From NCBI RefSeq assembly GCF_009914755.1, contig NC_060932.1: a stretch of DNA of 64,000 bases; one strand, given 5' to 3'. Position 1 is the stretch's first letter; the number at the start of each line of letters is the position of its first letter. The position numbers and the translations under genes were made by a program. Positions 34,773 to 50,307 of this stretch are shown one piece after another. The notes beneath the pieces are model-generated. The model ran no database searches. It was given only the letters and a program-made list of their open reading frames with translations, and had not been told where the DNA came from. This DNA comes from the human T2T-CHM13v2.0 reference genome, Homo sapiens.

Positions 34773-35773
34773 GTCAAAACTCTATTGTCAGCTTTATGTT
34801 AATCTTCATACATAATTAAAACATTTTGCATATTTTTGCCATACTGCCTTCAAGGCTTCTTTTTCATTATCCACCCTCAGAAAGTTGTTGGTTCCCTGAA
34901 GTCATAAATTCAGAACCTGTCTTAATAGCTAGCACAGGTAGATGTTCAATGCATACTTGTAGGCTGAATTAATGAATTTGTGAAACAGTTTAAATCTTTC
35001 CACAATAGAGAAAAAAATGAACAGTGTTGCTATGAAAACTCCTTTAAAAAGATAGTCCAGAGCAAATGGCAGAAGAGTTCCTTCATCCTTCACCAATACA
35101 CATTTCTGACCCTGCTCACTCTTACTGCCTTCTAATCTCAGGGAAAGTTAAGTCCTTCCCTAAGGCTAAGCCAGTTTCACTGATGCCTTCATTTCATACC
35201 ATCTAAACTTAGAGATCCTGATACTACACTTTCCTTTTCCTGGGTAACCAACTAATGGCCCTACACCCTCCATTCATTGGCAGCCATCCACTCTGTCTCA
35301 AACATACAGGTCTTGCTGCTGCTCGTATTAGTAACATTACTTCTATGTTTTGAGCACTAGGTTTTTTGTTTTTTTTTTTAATGAGTGTTCCACTCCAATT
35401 GATGCTCTCATTTTCTTTTATTTTTTCCCTTTATTAAATATTTCAAAGCTAACTTCAAATTACGCTTGTGTTTTTCAGAGGCCCTCAGCCATGACTCCAT
35501 CTTTAATAAATTTCTATAACTCTTTTATTCTATATCTTTTTATCTTGGAATGTTATCATATGTCTTCTGATGCTGATAAAATCCTTTTGGGGCATACATT
35601 GTGTTGTGTTATTTATTGTACTCCTTGTACCTAGCTCAATACCTGACACATGGTCTATATATGACAAATACAACTCTTAAAAGTATGTCAATTCATAAGC
35701 AGAATGCATTAGGTTTCTTGTTTCTTTGCTGCACCCTCAATGATTAGCATAAGGACAAGTTTCATTGATTTAA

Positions 35774-36252
35774 TGCAGCAGGCTCTGTGATGCCCTGCCA
35801 TATCTCCATGGTCTATTTCTCTTGCAGATGGTCCCCTTATAGGCCAAAGGCTTCCTGTGTCTTTCTGCCTAGGAGTATTTTCTGGCATCAGATATGGTTA
35901 GTACTTTTGCTGGGCAGGCTGGATCTCTGAAGAGTTATTGCTCTTACTGCGCCAATAGAAATCCTTAACCAATGAAGGACAGGAGCTGGCAGATGAATAA
36001 CCCAGCTTCCTTACTCTCAGTGGAAAAACTCTAAGCCATGTTTTGTACAGCCTCTTAGAGGTCTGCAATTGAGATTTTCCCCATGCTGTACACAGAGATA
36101 TCCTGCTCAATAAAGCACACTTTATGACCTGTCCACCTTTCCTTCTCCCACTTCCTTACTCTTTCAGAGTACTTCATGGATTTATTTCCAAATAAATTAC
36201 TTGCACTGAGATCTTTGCATCAAAATCTGCTTTGTGAGACCCCCTAATGACA
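35774..36252 (+). mobile_element. LTR16-family (ERVL) solo LTR
   Basis: CCTTAACCAATGAAGGACAGGAGCTGG...CCCAGCTTCC...CTGCTCAATAA...CCAAATAAATTACTTGCAC...TCTGCTTT...GACA. Confidence 0.75.
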
Positions 36253-36793
36253 AATAATGTGCTTATTCTTACTCTTTCTTATTAGCTCAGTAAAGTATCT
36301 TCATAAAGTTTAACCCAGCTGTGTTTGACAAATAGTAGAAATTAAAGGCTGTTTGACAAATCGTAGATATTTAATAAAATGTTAATTGCATTCTTTCACT
36401 TTTGGAAATGATTTATTTCCTGAGATTAAGCTATATTTGAAGATGAGATAGTGCCTTTTGCATAGTCATTTGTTATTTGTTTGAAACTAGTGCATATTTG
36501 TATTTCTAAATTAGAACCTAAATTAATACATTTTTAAATTTTTCCTTTTTTATATTACGTATGTCTCTTTCAACTACTTCCAAGTTTTCTCTTTTGGAAT
36601 TTTCTTGTGAATGAAATTCAAATATGTAAAGTCTAGCATAACTTTTAATAGAATTATGAGTAAAAAACTCAGATAATATTCACATCAAACTTTGTAACTA
36701 CTGGTATATGATATGCTTGCAAACCCTAGACTTCCACTGATGTACTTTTTATTCTTGGAAAAATAAAAACAACTCTATATGTGTCCTTGGAAG

Positions 36794-37458
36794 TAAAAGA
36801 GTACAGGGAACTTTACCCCAAAACATGGCTCCTGGTATAATGAGTATTTTGATTTAAAGGCCCTTAGAGATAGACAGACACTGTAAGAAACATTTCCCTT
36901 ATCTACATAAAGAGCAGACCAGAATGCCAAGGAGAACAATGCATCCTGCCTCCACCTCTCAGCTACGGTCTCTCAATCTTCTACCTTTCCCAAACCACAG
37001 GCTGAAGTTCCCTTATCTGCCTAATGTCTGGACCTACCAGAAAAGAAAACAATTAACCTCTGGTTCCCTTTCCTGAGATTAATTGAAATCATATCGCAGG
37101 AAAGAAGACTGAAGTCTGTTAACAAACCTGGACAGACTTTTGTCACAAATCATCATCCACTCTGTGGGCCCAACTGTCTTTGCCCCAGACCATTGTGTGT
37201 TCTTCAAGTTCCTTTAATTCCCTTAAAAATCAATTCCTATCCCCCTAAAATTATCTACATTTCCCCATCCCCTTTATCCCTAAGAATTAAGGTACATAAG
37301 CTTCTGTATCACATTAGGATATTGAACAATCACTCTGATTCTCCCCATGTGCACAGTATTAATAAAATTTTAAAGCTTTTATCAATCTGCCTCTTTGTGA
37401 GTTGATTTTTCAACAGAACTTCCGAGGGGAAAGGGGAAGCTTTCCCTTTGTCCCTACA
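36794..37458 (+). mobile_element. MER34C/MER39-group ERV1 solo LTR
   Basis: ACAGGGAACTTTACCCCAAAA.ATGGCTCC.GGTATAATGAGTATTTTGA...AATAAA...GGGGAAGCTTTCCCTTTGTCCCTACA. Confidence 0.8.
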
Positions 37459-37604
37459 AAAGAAAATGGTGGAAGAGCCTTCAACCTAGATAGTGCACTT
37501 TCTGGCTACTTTTATCAGGTTTTATTATAGGTAATTATAAAATTTGTACAGTGAAGAATATGCAGAAGAGATATGGAAACGTCAACGCTAATTCACTTAT
37601 TACT

Positions 37605-37830
37605 ATTAGTATTTGAACAAGATTTTATCAATTAGTAATTATTTTAAGGTACACAACCTCAACTAATTCTTACAACTACCCTGTAAGTTGGATAGGGTTG
37701 TTGTCACTTGCATCCCCATTTTAGAAAAAAGGAAGCTATCTCAGAGTGGATAAGCAATTTGACCAGAGTCGCACAACTAATCAGTAATGCCACTAAGGTC
37801 TTCTGAGTCACTCTGAAGCTGTGACATACT
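37605..37830 (-). mobile_element. MIR
   Basis: TAATTCTTACAACTACCCTGTAAG...ATCCCCATTTTAGA...CTCAGAG...TTGACCAGAGTCGCACAACTAA. Confidence 0.7.
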
Positions 37831-40800
37831 GTGACAATAAAGACAAAGAACTTTGGCACGTCAGTGAACTCAGAGTTGTTTTTTTTTTTAAGTCACTCTT
37901 ATTCCTTAAAAAGGAAAGAATGAAAATCTAGTAGCCTCTAAAGCATGTTTGGAAAAGAATTCCTGTTTTACAAACCTGCTGACCTATCTACATTTTACTC
38001 ATCATAAATCAGGTTTGATTGCTCTCTTTGTTTAGTTATCCACCAGCTTGCTAAAAAAGGGATTTAAGGTGACTCATCCATCTTGTGTTTGTTTTCCGAT
38101 AGCCAATTGCCCTTGAATGTGAAGCTAAAAGGTCTGGGAAACAGTAAAGGATTTTGGATAGGCTAGTTACAAGAAAATGGTGCTGCTGATATAGCAGTCC
38201 TGTAAACTTCAGAGGGAAAAGAGATTCATGGAAGAGAGATCCATTGGTGTCCTAACCCAGATGTTCTGTTATTTACTGCCTAAAGAGTTGGACTGAGGTG
38301 CTAGCAGTGAAAATAAAAAACAATGGCCAGCTGTAAGATAACTTACAAAGGAAGTCAACAGGAGTAGTTCTTGATGCCCAAATGTATGAGATAATAAAAA
38401 GTAAATGAGAAGTAGACTTCTGCTTCAATGAGATTTACACACACATATTTACAAATATTTACAATCAATATTTACAAGGAAATTATTCGGCTAACTTTAG
38501 GTATATCTACTGTGTACACAAAATAGAATAAGTTGAAATGTGTATGATCAGAGTAAAAGTTTACACAATATTTTGCTTAGTGGTTGTGTTTAATTTAAAT
38601 CTTAATTTAGTCTTGGTTTGTCAGGAAACAAAGAAGAATACCTGCCTTCAGGAACATAAGGAACTATGTAGCTCATCTTTCCCGGTATATCTGAATCTAG
38701 AGTGATCTCTGTATTTCATTGTTCTTTGAGTTATTTTACAACCCTGTAAGTGGTAGAAAACTGATATTAATGTAAATTAGTCCTGTCCAAAGACATGCAA
38801 ATGAATTTTTTTCCAGTGACAGTACATTGATTTCCTTAAACCTTATGAAAAGAGCCAGTTTTGCATCTGTTAACAAATATTTCAGCGTTGCTTTATTCCC
38901 TAGATATGTCTTTCTTTGACTTCTTTGAATCGGTTTCTTAACACCTTCACTGATCCCTCATTAATTAATTAGTGAAATATTTGACATGAGTTTATTTTGT
39001 ATTTGTATGAGACTCATGATTTTACTGTCATTTAAAAATTTATCTGGCAACATATCTTCATAATATTCAATGAATTATTGCCTCTTGAGAGCATCTAAGT
39101 TGAGTACAATGGTAATGGGGGTCAGTATATGTTCCATAGTGACTTAGTGTCAACTTGCTATGGACAAAGAGGGTAAGTCCTACTTTCAAAAGGGTGAAAA
39201 AACTGAATGGCTTCCACAAAGAAATAGCATAATTTGTTCCTACACTACATGAGTAATTAGTTCAGGTAAAGAGAGTTCAATGGTTTTGCTCTTTGTTTGA
39301 TTTTAAACCTAAAACAGTATCGTGATGAGTGTATGTACTGTACATGTAATGGAGTTGCTGCATGACGCAGAACCAACTCAATTAGAAAAAAATGCAATTA
39401 AGTGGTTGATTGGCTCTTGATAAAGTCTGTACAATTTTGGATTAGATTTCAGCTACATTCATAAAGCTAAACCTCTTTAAAATGCTGCTTTTATCATAGA
39501 ACATTGGGTGCTTCGCTTTCAATTTTATTTCAAGTGGGAGCTTGTTCCACGATATTTTTTTCAAAATAAGGACAAGGGGCCAAGATGATTCATTTTACTT
39601 TTTACCTCATGTGAGTCATGCTGCAATGGGGATGTGTAAGCCTCCTTCACCAGATGACACAGTCTCAGCTGCAGGCCCCTGGGGTCCAAACCTAATTACT
39701 ATCTGTTGATACACTGTTGAAGAGGATAGTTTAAAAGTTCTATATATATAACTTTAGCCTGCCAATTGCTAGTTCTAAAGTTAATGAGCTTCTTAAATTC
39801 ATAGCATTAATATATGTAGATTGGTGACCAGTTTATAACTGGCTTAACCTTCTCAGGTATTTATTTACTTATAATCCTCCAGTTTCCTTTCCTTTGTAAA
39901 ATCTTCCAGGTTTTAAGGTAAAAATTAAACAGATTTTGACTTGATCATATCTATATTATAGATTAAGTAACACATTTAATAGAATGTTAGTTGCATTGAT
40001 ATAATAGGATAATCTGAATTACTCTCATGCCTTTTTTTGAGGGGTAGCAGGGCACTTTTCTTCTTAGCCCCACTGCTTTTTACATAAACAAAGAAGTCTC
40101 CACTTCTCTCCACCATACGGGGAATATCTAGGAGAATCTTTTTTTTCTTTCCATAGATTATTTACCCCAAGGTTGAAAAAAGTGAATCTAATTGGTGACT
40201 ACTTAATATCTCTTAGGTACTTTTAGCAGTAGGTAGCATTACTGTGTCTCTAAAGTACGGCCTGTTGCACTCTCTCTTGCACCATCTGTCTCATGCATTG
40301 TTATGCCATTTCTCCTTCTATATGTTAAATGCACCTTTTGGAAGCCAGCCTAGACACCCAATATACTATCTGGTATAGTTTATTTTGATGGTGACTGGTT
40401 TCTGAGGAAGACCATAGCTCTCCATGCATCTTGCCAAATGAATATATTTGAGGTCTGCTTTGAAAAATCACCCATTCACGTAGATGATATCAAAGAGTAG
40501 ATTTATAGTAAGTAGTAGCAGTTTCACTCCTTAGTCTTAGATCCTAGTATGTTCTCCTATTTGGATTTTTCAGAATGCCCTGTACTTTAGAAATTTAATG
40601 CACCACTACTTAAAACATTTATACATTGGTCTCCATTTGGCATCTTGCATCTGTATCTTCATAAAAGAACTTAGAGGAGGGTGCTAATTGGGAGTCAATC
40701 AGAAATATTTGGCTTTCAATTTTTTCTATGTCTATAACAAACTAGTTAATCAGAATTAGAACTCCTTTGCAGGGTATCATCTCACTTTAACATTAACTAG

Positions 40801-41317
40801 TATTGATTAAATATGTATTATTACCCATTAATGTTATGGTTTGACTTGTTTGCTCTATTAATCTGTCTGCAGTTTTCTTTTAGCTTTTTGTGTGTGATGC
40901 TCTTACAGATGGGAAACCCTGCCTGCTTTATTAAATAGTGCAGGAATATACTAATTTTGAACCTGAAAAAAATGCTGATAGATGACAAAATTGTCATTCT
41001 AGGCATACCCTAATGGGTAATGCAAGTACTTCATCTTGAGTCACTTTTATTAAAATGTTTTTATATTGTCTGCATTTCAAGATGACAAAGTGAGTGCAAT
41101 AATTTGCCTCCCATACCTCAAAAGACTCCGCTAAATAGATAAAAGAAATTAAAAAGGTCTAACGGGTGAAATAAAAAAGGGCCATTAGTAAATGATACAT
41201 ATCAGCACATTTTTGGAAAATCAAATCAAATGGGAGTGTTGAAAGATGAATTAGTAAAGGAAGCTACAGCTTAAAAGGAGCTGGTCACCTGGGTCAAAAC
41301 CCAGAGAGACTCTAGAT

Positions 41318-41524
41318 CAGTGTAGGCAAACTACAGCCCACAGGCCAAATCTAGTCACTTTCCATTTTTATAAACAAAGTTTTATTAGAACACAACTACA
41401 CACACTTATTTATGTATATTCTTTGGTTGTTTTCATGTTAGAATAGCGTAGATAAGTAGTGCATGTGTCAAAACTTAACATGCTTACTACCTGGCCCTTT
41501 ACAAAAAAGCTTTGCTGACCCCTC
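41318..41524 (-). mobile_element. MER58A MITE
   Basis: CAGTGTAGGCAAACTACAGCCCACAGGCCAAATC...CTGGCCCTTTACAAAAAAG.TTTGCTGACCCCT; 8-bp TSD CTCTAGAT. Confidence 0.88.
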
Positions 41525-41577
41525 CTCTAGATTCAGAAATAGAATGTTGCATAAATGACCAGGGAGAGAAATAGGAT

Positions 41578-41580
<3 letters not shown>

Positions 41581-41616
<36 letters not shown>

Positions 41617-41902
41617 TTTTGAGACACAATCTCTCTGTCGCCCAGTCTGGAGTGCAGTGGTGCAATCTCAGCTCACTGCAACCTCCACCTCCCGGGGCTC
41701 AAGTGTTTCTCCTGCCTCAGCCTCCTGAGTAGCTTCAATTACAGGCATGCACCACCATGTCCAGCTAATTTTTTGTATTTTTAGTAGAGATGGGGTTTTA
41801 CCATGTTGGCCAGGCTGGTCTCAAACTCCTAACCTCAGGTGATCCACCTGCCTTGACCTCCCAAATTGCTGGAATTACAGGCATGAGCCACCACGCCCAG
41901 CC
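41581..41902 (-). mobile_element. AluSx/Sz-like with (TTTA)n tail
   Basis: Full reverse dimer; perfect TSD AGAAATAGGATTTA. Confidence 0.93.
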
Positions 41903-42149
41903 AGAAATAGGATTTAAAAGAGGAGTTAAGTAAAGACACATATACTGTTCAACATTCAGCTCATCTTCCATCTTACACCTTTTTAGGCTGTGAAGGACTA
42001 AAATCCTGACCAATGCTAAAATAATTAAAATTAGCTTGAACCGAAGAAGAAAAGATCACCTGGCCATTTTTAAGGCGGTGAAGACAACACACAGACAAAG
42101 CCAACTGCAAAATTAACAGAAAACGGTGTTTCTTCTAAGATCATACAGC

Positions 42150-42535
42150 GGTTATAAAATGTTATAATGGCTACTTTTTGACTGACTACTGCTTTCTTCC
42201 CAGTGATGCCCTAGACCTGTTTTGCAATTTTCATTTATTTGAGGGGATACTGAATTACTATCTTCCTCACTTTGCAATGGCACCCAGTGCCTAGTTAATT
42301 TCACTTCTTCCAATCCTGCTTCAGAAGGAGCAACCAATCCAGGACTGATTACTACTTCCCTTAGTTCTGCCTCAGAATCCTTCAGTGAAAATCCAACCTT
42401 ACAAAAGACACTTCCCTCCTCCCTGGGTCCCAGCAGAACTCCTTGGAGTGGACTCTCTTGCTGCAAATCAATAAATCTTATTTTATCAGACTGCAGACTC
42501 CTCCCAGATGGTTTGGGGCTGATTAGGCCTTAGCA
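42150..42535 (+). mobile_element. Ancient ERVL-type LTR (MER74/LTR53-like)
   Basis: CCAAT box, CTCTTGCTGCAA.TCAATAAA...TCAGACTGCAG...GGCTGATTAGGCCTTAGCA 3' end; family uncertain. Confidence 0.45.
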
Positions 42536-43913
42536 ACTAGTAAAGTATAACATTCAAAAAGGTAAGTCATGATTCTCATATAAATATAAAAGGAACACAT
42601 GTCAAAGATATTAATTCAATAAATGAAGAAACCAATGAAGTTATAGAAAGGCAATTTAACAAAAACTATCATAGGATAAGAGTGCTAGGTTAGATACAGA
42701 GCTGGTTAATGTTTGTAATGGACAGAAACCACCATCTTTAGGATTATCTGTTCTATTAGACAGAAATTATTCACATCTTTACTAAACAAAAATCTAAAAA
42801 TTAACCAATGCCCCCATAGAGTTATAAATTAGCACAGACAATAAAACATAAATCCCAGAAGTACACTAAAAGAATATTTAATAGTGTCTTTTGCTTTTTT
42901 AAGGTTTCAAATAATTTCTCTTATAATGCAAATCACAGTGAGCATAGATTATCTCCATCTCTTGGGGCAAAACATTGTTGTTGTTGTTGCTGTTGTTTTA
43001 ATAGACTAGAAAAACTGTCCTGGGAGAATGAGGAAAGTTATTTTGTTATTAACATTCAGAGTCAGGGCCACTTGCTTTTTGGTATTTGTAAGGCCTGTGA
43101 CAAAATGGCTGGATCTTGTCTGCTAACTTTAAAGCAAAACTGACTGGAAATATACTGCCCATGTATGCAGAGACCTCATCAGCATCCTCATGCTCTTTCT
43201 GAAAGATAAGTAAATTGTCAGCCCCCACCAGATATTTCAAGAAAGTCTTCAGAAGAAAAGATAAAGGTAGGTAAAATCAACAGAATAAATTTATTTTTTT
43301 CTTAATCAAGGGAAAATGTCAAATACCTAATAAGAAACAAAATTATATCCTCATAGATATATAAAATTTAAAAATTTTGCATCATAAGGTGAGAACAGGA
43401 CACTAAGAAAAAAGGGAATAAAATAAGAAAGAGCTCTTGTACATTTGAAATAAATTGCCAAAACAAGATTCCAAAGAAAATTTGAAGAAAAAGATAAGGA
43501 ATGTCCAAGAATGTAGAAGAAATCTTCAAGGAGACATAATATATTAGAAAAATAATCATAGAGTTCAACTCTTATCTAAGAGAATTTCTGGGATAATGGA
43601 AAAGGAAAAGAGGGAAAAATTATGAAGCAACAATAAACAAAATTTTCCAGAGCTGAAGAGAAATATTCATCTTCAAGTCAGCAAAATCAATATTACAGGG
43701 ACCAAGCTTATGCTTCTTCTTAGGTTGTAGAAAACAGGACAAAGCACCATTTCCTCCCTAAAAACAGGAAAAAGCTGAAGAATCTACAAACGTAAGTTTT
43801 CTTAAAACCATTAGAAAGCTGAGTGTGCAGAACAACCAAGTAGCCTGCAATCTAAGGAAAGAGAGCTGTCTCCAGGAAGAGATGAACTGAACACTGGCTT
43901 ATCTGTTGCAGAG

Positions 43914-43920
43914 CACACAC

Positions 43921-43964
<44 letters not shown>

Positions 43965-43970
43965 CACACA
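43914..43970. repeat. (CA)n microsatellite
   Basis: Long CA run with single interruptions. Confidence 0.95.
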
Positions 43971-44574
43971 AAAGCTAAGAACCAGCAAATGGATGAGAAG
44001 AGTTTGGCTAGTTTTCAAAAATTGCTAAAAGCCAAATTGCTAAAAACTGCTAAACTGTGAGGGTATAGATCCTCCAGGAGCCTCAGGTACTAGGAGAGTT
44101 CATGCTTGCTCCATGAACCTCAATAGATGCTCATAAAAAAAAAAATTGAACAGGAGACCCAAGAAAACCTCTCTCAGTAGGGCAAACCTGAGGGATTAAA
44201 AAGAAAAATAATCCTGTGGTACTAGGGGAGGAGAAATAATTACCCTAGGCTCAGATCATTAGAAGCCTTTGCTATTTGGGGAAGTATAAAATCACTGAGA
44301 AAGCCTCACCCCAAGATTCAGTGACATGAGGTTTACCTAGGATGAGGGCAGGAACAGGACAAAAGAAAACTTTCCAAGTTTTGTAACATGCAAGCAAGCT
44401 CCAAGTAACAAGCACAAATAATCACTACTACTGCAGAAGAAAGAGGCTGAACAAATAATCCTGCCATCATGCAGGCACAGAAGGAAGACCAAAAGCTGAG
44501 ACTGAAGCAGGCACATTGAGAAAAAGACTCCGCTACTTCCACCCCACCCTATACCCCACCCTAATTATAAGATA

Positions 44575-44928
44575 CAGATGCTTCTCAACTTATGATGGGG
44601 TTATGCCTACATAAACTCACTGTAAATTGAAAACACCTGAAGTCAAAAATCTATTTCATATACCTAACCTACTGAATATGATAGCTTAGCCTAGACTAGG
44701 CTCAGAACATTTACAGTGGCCTACAGCTGGGGAAAAGCATCTCACACAAAAATTATTTTATAATAAAGTGCTGCATATATCATGTAATTTATTGAATACT
44801 GTACTGAAAGTGAAACACAGAAGGGTTGTATGGATACTTGAAGTAGTTTTTACTGAATGTGGATCACTTTCACACCACTGCAAAGTCAAAAATTCCAAGT
44901 TGAATCATCCTAATTCAGAGATCATCTG
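44575..44928 (+). mobile_element. MER47A (TcMar-Tigger MITE)
   Basis: CAGATGCT.CTCAACTTATGATGGGGTTA...CATCTG termini flanked by TA. Confidence 0.85.
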
Positions 44929-46057
44929 TAATTTCAGAGAAATTTGAAGTTGGTGGTATACTAAAGGAGGCATAGCAGCAACAAAACCCAAACCCAGCTC
45001 AAGTTCTGAATAGATGGACTCAGTCTCCCCACACTAATAGTCTGGCAGAAAATGGGTATGTGGGCATTCACCCTATAAATAACACCCAAAGTTTAAATTT
45101 CAAAATTATGAGATATACAAAACGCAAGAGGAAAAATTTCTATTAAAAGGCAAAGCAAAAATAAAAATAACAGAGCCAGACCCAGGTTTTAGAACTGTCA
45201 GAGAGGTTATCTAAAATAACTCTGATTATTATGCAAAAGGCTTTAATCGAATAGGTAGATAACATGCATAAACAGATGAAAATGTTAGTAGAGAAATGGA
45301 AAATATACAAAAAAGTCTAATGGAGATTCTGGAAATGAAAATCATAAAAATAGAGGAAGAATGTATTTGACAGAGCCAAAAGGTGAAAAAGTAAAAAGCA
45401 GAAAAGAAAAAAGGGGCGTCCAAGAACTATGAGAAAATATCAAAGTCTAATATATAGGTAATGGAATTCTACAGTAGAAGAGAGAGAGATTTGGGTAGAA
45501 GAAATACCCACAGAGAAAGGTCAGAGAATTTTCCAGAACTTCAAATCACAAATCCAAGAAGCTCATAGAACCCCAGATATGATAAAGACAACACACAGAA
45601 CACCTATACATATCAACTTTAAACTGATGGAAACGGAAGATAGAATAAATCTTTAAGTCAGCCAGAGAGGAAATAAAAGACATATTACATAAAGAAGGAT
45701 AAAGGTGATAAATACGGTACACATCTTGTCATGAATTATGCGACCCAGAAGATAACATCTTCAAAGTGCCTAAAACAAAAACAGAAACAAAAGCCTATAA
45801 ATCCAGAATTCAATAACAGTGAAAAGAAATATTTCTCAGACAAACAAAACTAAGAAAATTTATTACCAGCAGACCTGTACCACAAAAAAATTATTGAAGG
45901 AATTTTTCAGGTGAAAAACTCTCTAGAATATGATGCCAGATAGAAACTAGAGTCTATACACATATATACAAAAAAGTGAAGATCTTTAGGAATGGTTAAA
46001 ATAAAGATAAATGCAAAAGACTTTTCTCTCACTTTAAATTACTCAGAAATTTAGGAA

Positions 46058-46252
46058 ATATGATTAGCACACTTTTTTCTAAAGAGCCAGATAGTAAATA
46101 TTTTAGGCTTTTCAGGTCCCTGTTGCAACTAGTCAAAAGTAGCCATGGAAAATATGTCAACAAATGGATGTTCTGTGTTCCCATAAAACTTTATTCAGAA
46201 AAATAAATTGCAACCTGCTATTGGCCCTTGGGCTTTAGTTTGCCAACCTCTG
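46058..46252 (+). mobile_element. MER58A MITE
   Basis: AAAGAGCCAGATAGTAAATATTTTAGGCTTT...ATAAAACTTTATT...TAGTTTGCCAACCTCTG. Confidence 0.8.
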
Positions 46253-47993
46253 TTCTAAAGGAAAAAAACAGCAATATATTGCATATATATATATATATCA
46301 TATGTAAAATAAAATATAGGATAACAGTAGAAAAAGCAGAAGAGAGGAACTGAGACTATACTCATGTAGGATTCTTACATGAGATAGTGTAAATCTATAT
46401 ATATATATATATCACATGCTATAATAATAATGTAGTATATATAGGGTAAGTATAGAATATTATTTGAAGTTAGGCTGGATGAATTGAAGATGTTTACTGT
46501 AAACCCCAATGCTTATTCTTCATCGAGTATCTCTTAGACATGAAATTTGTGATGCTGGCTAGTCAGAGTTGGAGATGTGATTGTGGAGAGGGAAACTTAA
46601 CATCTGAGCAACTTAACAGCTTTTAGTGTGTAGTCAACAAAAATATATGTCATATAATTTATGTAAGTATATAATTCATATAAATTCAAGTATTTGACTA
46701 ATGACTTCAAAGAGGTGACTCACTGCTCTTTATTGTCAGCTTTTTCTCAGTGGATTTTTTCCCAAAGGTTAAAAAGCTCTGAGAAATGAACTAGATTTTC
46801 CAAGTACAAAGAAAAGCAGATGCCTGTTTTATGAAAAATCCACCATAAATAATTCAGTATCAATTGCTGATTTGTGGATCATCTCCTTGAAGTGTTTGCA
46901 AATGGACATACATTTTGTTGATTTAAATTTGTAGTGTCAATAAGAAATGTTGATGAAATGTTGATTAATTATTCCCTGTATAAGTTTTGCACAACTTGCT
47001 CTGTGTGTATTTGGTGGGAGGTGAAATATAAAACAAAACGAATAAAAACTATAAAACATCAGAAACCACTAAACATAGGCATAAAGTATGATCTACATAG
47101 TTCAGTGGCCTGCAGTAATCTTTTTTTTTTCCCCTAAAACCAAAGAAATCCATTTCAGGAAAATTAAAGCAAACAAAATATTTCCTACTCTTGCATTAAG
47201 TCACAGTGGGATTTAGTCTTCTTCTGAACACTTGGAGGAACTCACAATGCACATAAGACATTGACAGTAATGCCTGCAGGAACTCTGACAATGATGAATA
47301 GTAAATCTTTAAATAAATGAGCCTTGGCATGTATGTTGCAGACAGTGTTGTTTGTCATGCACACAGCCTCTTGTTCCTCCAAAAGAGCAACAAGGCAATG
47401 CATTAAGATATATTTTCCCCAGCTCAGTCGATGTTTCTGAAAAGCCTTAACATGGACAGGAACATGATGTAAAATTGGTACTAGAAGATAAAGTGCAATG
47501 TAATGTCATGATTGCCAGATGAGGCCAAGGGCATACGAAACATGGCTATCTGATAGACACTGAAGGAAGGCTTTTCTCCACTTAGAACTCACACAAAGGG
47601 TGCTTTAATTAACATGCCTGGGTTACAGATCTCCTAATCACCATGATTCACAGGTTAAATTAAAATTAACAACACCACACAATTGCTCATCTATTGAGAG
47701 AACACAGCTGTCCCCAACGAAAAGGAATAAAAACAGCAAGTCAAAATACGGAAGTGGAAGGCTCGAGGATGCTTCTGGTTTTTCATCTTCCAGTCTCCAG
47801 CAGCCTTCCTTTTGCTTTTCTTTAGTGGGCTTGTGGATATTTTTCTCCCTTTTGTTATTATGCGGCATCTGCAGCTGCATCTTCCTTTTGTGAAAGGCCA
47901 CAAAAGGAGATTCTGGTAGCACTGTGGTATCAGAGTGAATGTTGACTGACCCTCAGCATTTCTCTACCAAAATTTAGCCAAAGAAAGGACTAA

Positions 47994-48324
<331 letters not shown>

Positions 48325-49518
48325 CTAATATGTATAATATATTCATTATATCAATTTAAAATATTACTAAATATGGAAATGAGACAAAAGGCAAATACAA
48401 ACAAATTCAGCCCTTGGGGACTTAAATTTAACAGTAACCTGGAGTCTAGTAAGTCAGTATGATACATTTTGGATCAAGTAAACAGTGATGTCTAATCCCA
48501 TTAGGTCAGACAGTTCTGTGAGAACCTAATGAAAAACAGTGAACTCTTACCCCAAACAAATTCACTAAAGATGTTAACACAAAATTGTATTGTACAAATT
48601 CAGAAAGTTTTGAACCCACTGAAGTTGATTTGTCAAACAATTAAAAATACTTGGTCAAAACAAATCATCTTCCTTCAATGACTGAAATAATCATCACAGA
48701 TTCTTCAGTGTGATTATATTCCTTAAGTGATATACACTATTAGAGAAAATAATTAAATATCTTAGCAAAACACAGTTTATATTAAAGAATTCCTAGAGTT
48801 TCAGGCTTCCGTTCTCCAAATTTGTTCCCCGTGGTTCAGTCTTCCCAGAGAATTACTTAGTTTTTTATTTATTTATTTTTTACCATGTATCCTGTTCAGA
48901 TGTTCACAGCCTAAGAACAAAATTATCCATCCTTTTAATCAAATCTTCACCCAGGTTCCTTGCCGTGTGTACAGCTCTCGCAAAGCAAGGCACAAAAGCA
49001 CCCACAGTGCAAGCTCATGTGATTCCCTTTGCTCAAACCAATGCTTTATTTTTCCTTCCTGATTAACAGCACAAGAAAAAAGTAACCCAGAAAAATCATT
49101 TTACATTTTGTTCAGTTGTCACATAACAAAAACAAAACTAAACAAACTAAAGTGACTACATAAGGCTTTTTGTATCTACCACTCTGGTTGATTGGATATT
49201 ACTTTGGTATATTAAATCAGCAATTTTTGCTCCTGTTTTGTGAATCTCTTTATGTGAAAAAGTATTAAGCTATAACAATTGAGTTGTATCTAGTTACACA
49301 TAATTTGCACATTTAGCTCCACATTTAATACATTGATTTACTATAAAAGAATAGTTGAAATCAGGACTGTTTCAGAGAACTCTGTATTTGTCCCCTATTA
49401 CTAAGAATCGTAATAGAAACTACAAATCACTATTTCTCCACCAGATAGATTCCATCCTCAGAAATTCTGATGCAGTTTGTTTGGGGTACAGCCTGAGCAT
49501 CAAGAGTTTTAAATGCTT

Positions 49519-50307
<789 letters not shown>

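Larger units (their letters stand above)
43300..46510 (+). mobile_element. Old L1M 5'UTR/ORF1 relics with nested MITEs
   Basis: A-rich ORF1-like tracts (GAGAATTTTCCAGAA...CAAATCCAAGAAGCTCA.AGAACCCCA; ACATCTTCAAAGTG; CCAGCAGACCTGTAC); possibly more than one element. Confidence 0.65.

Noticed and set aside
47638-47922. Overlapping 94-aa and 70-aa ORFs and + strand pyrimidine/AG tracts in unique DNA
   Set aside because: No recognisable homology and no matching strong donor
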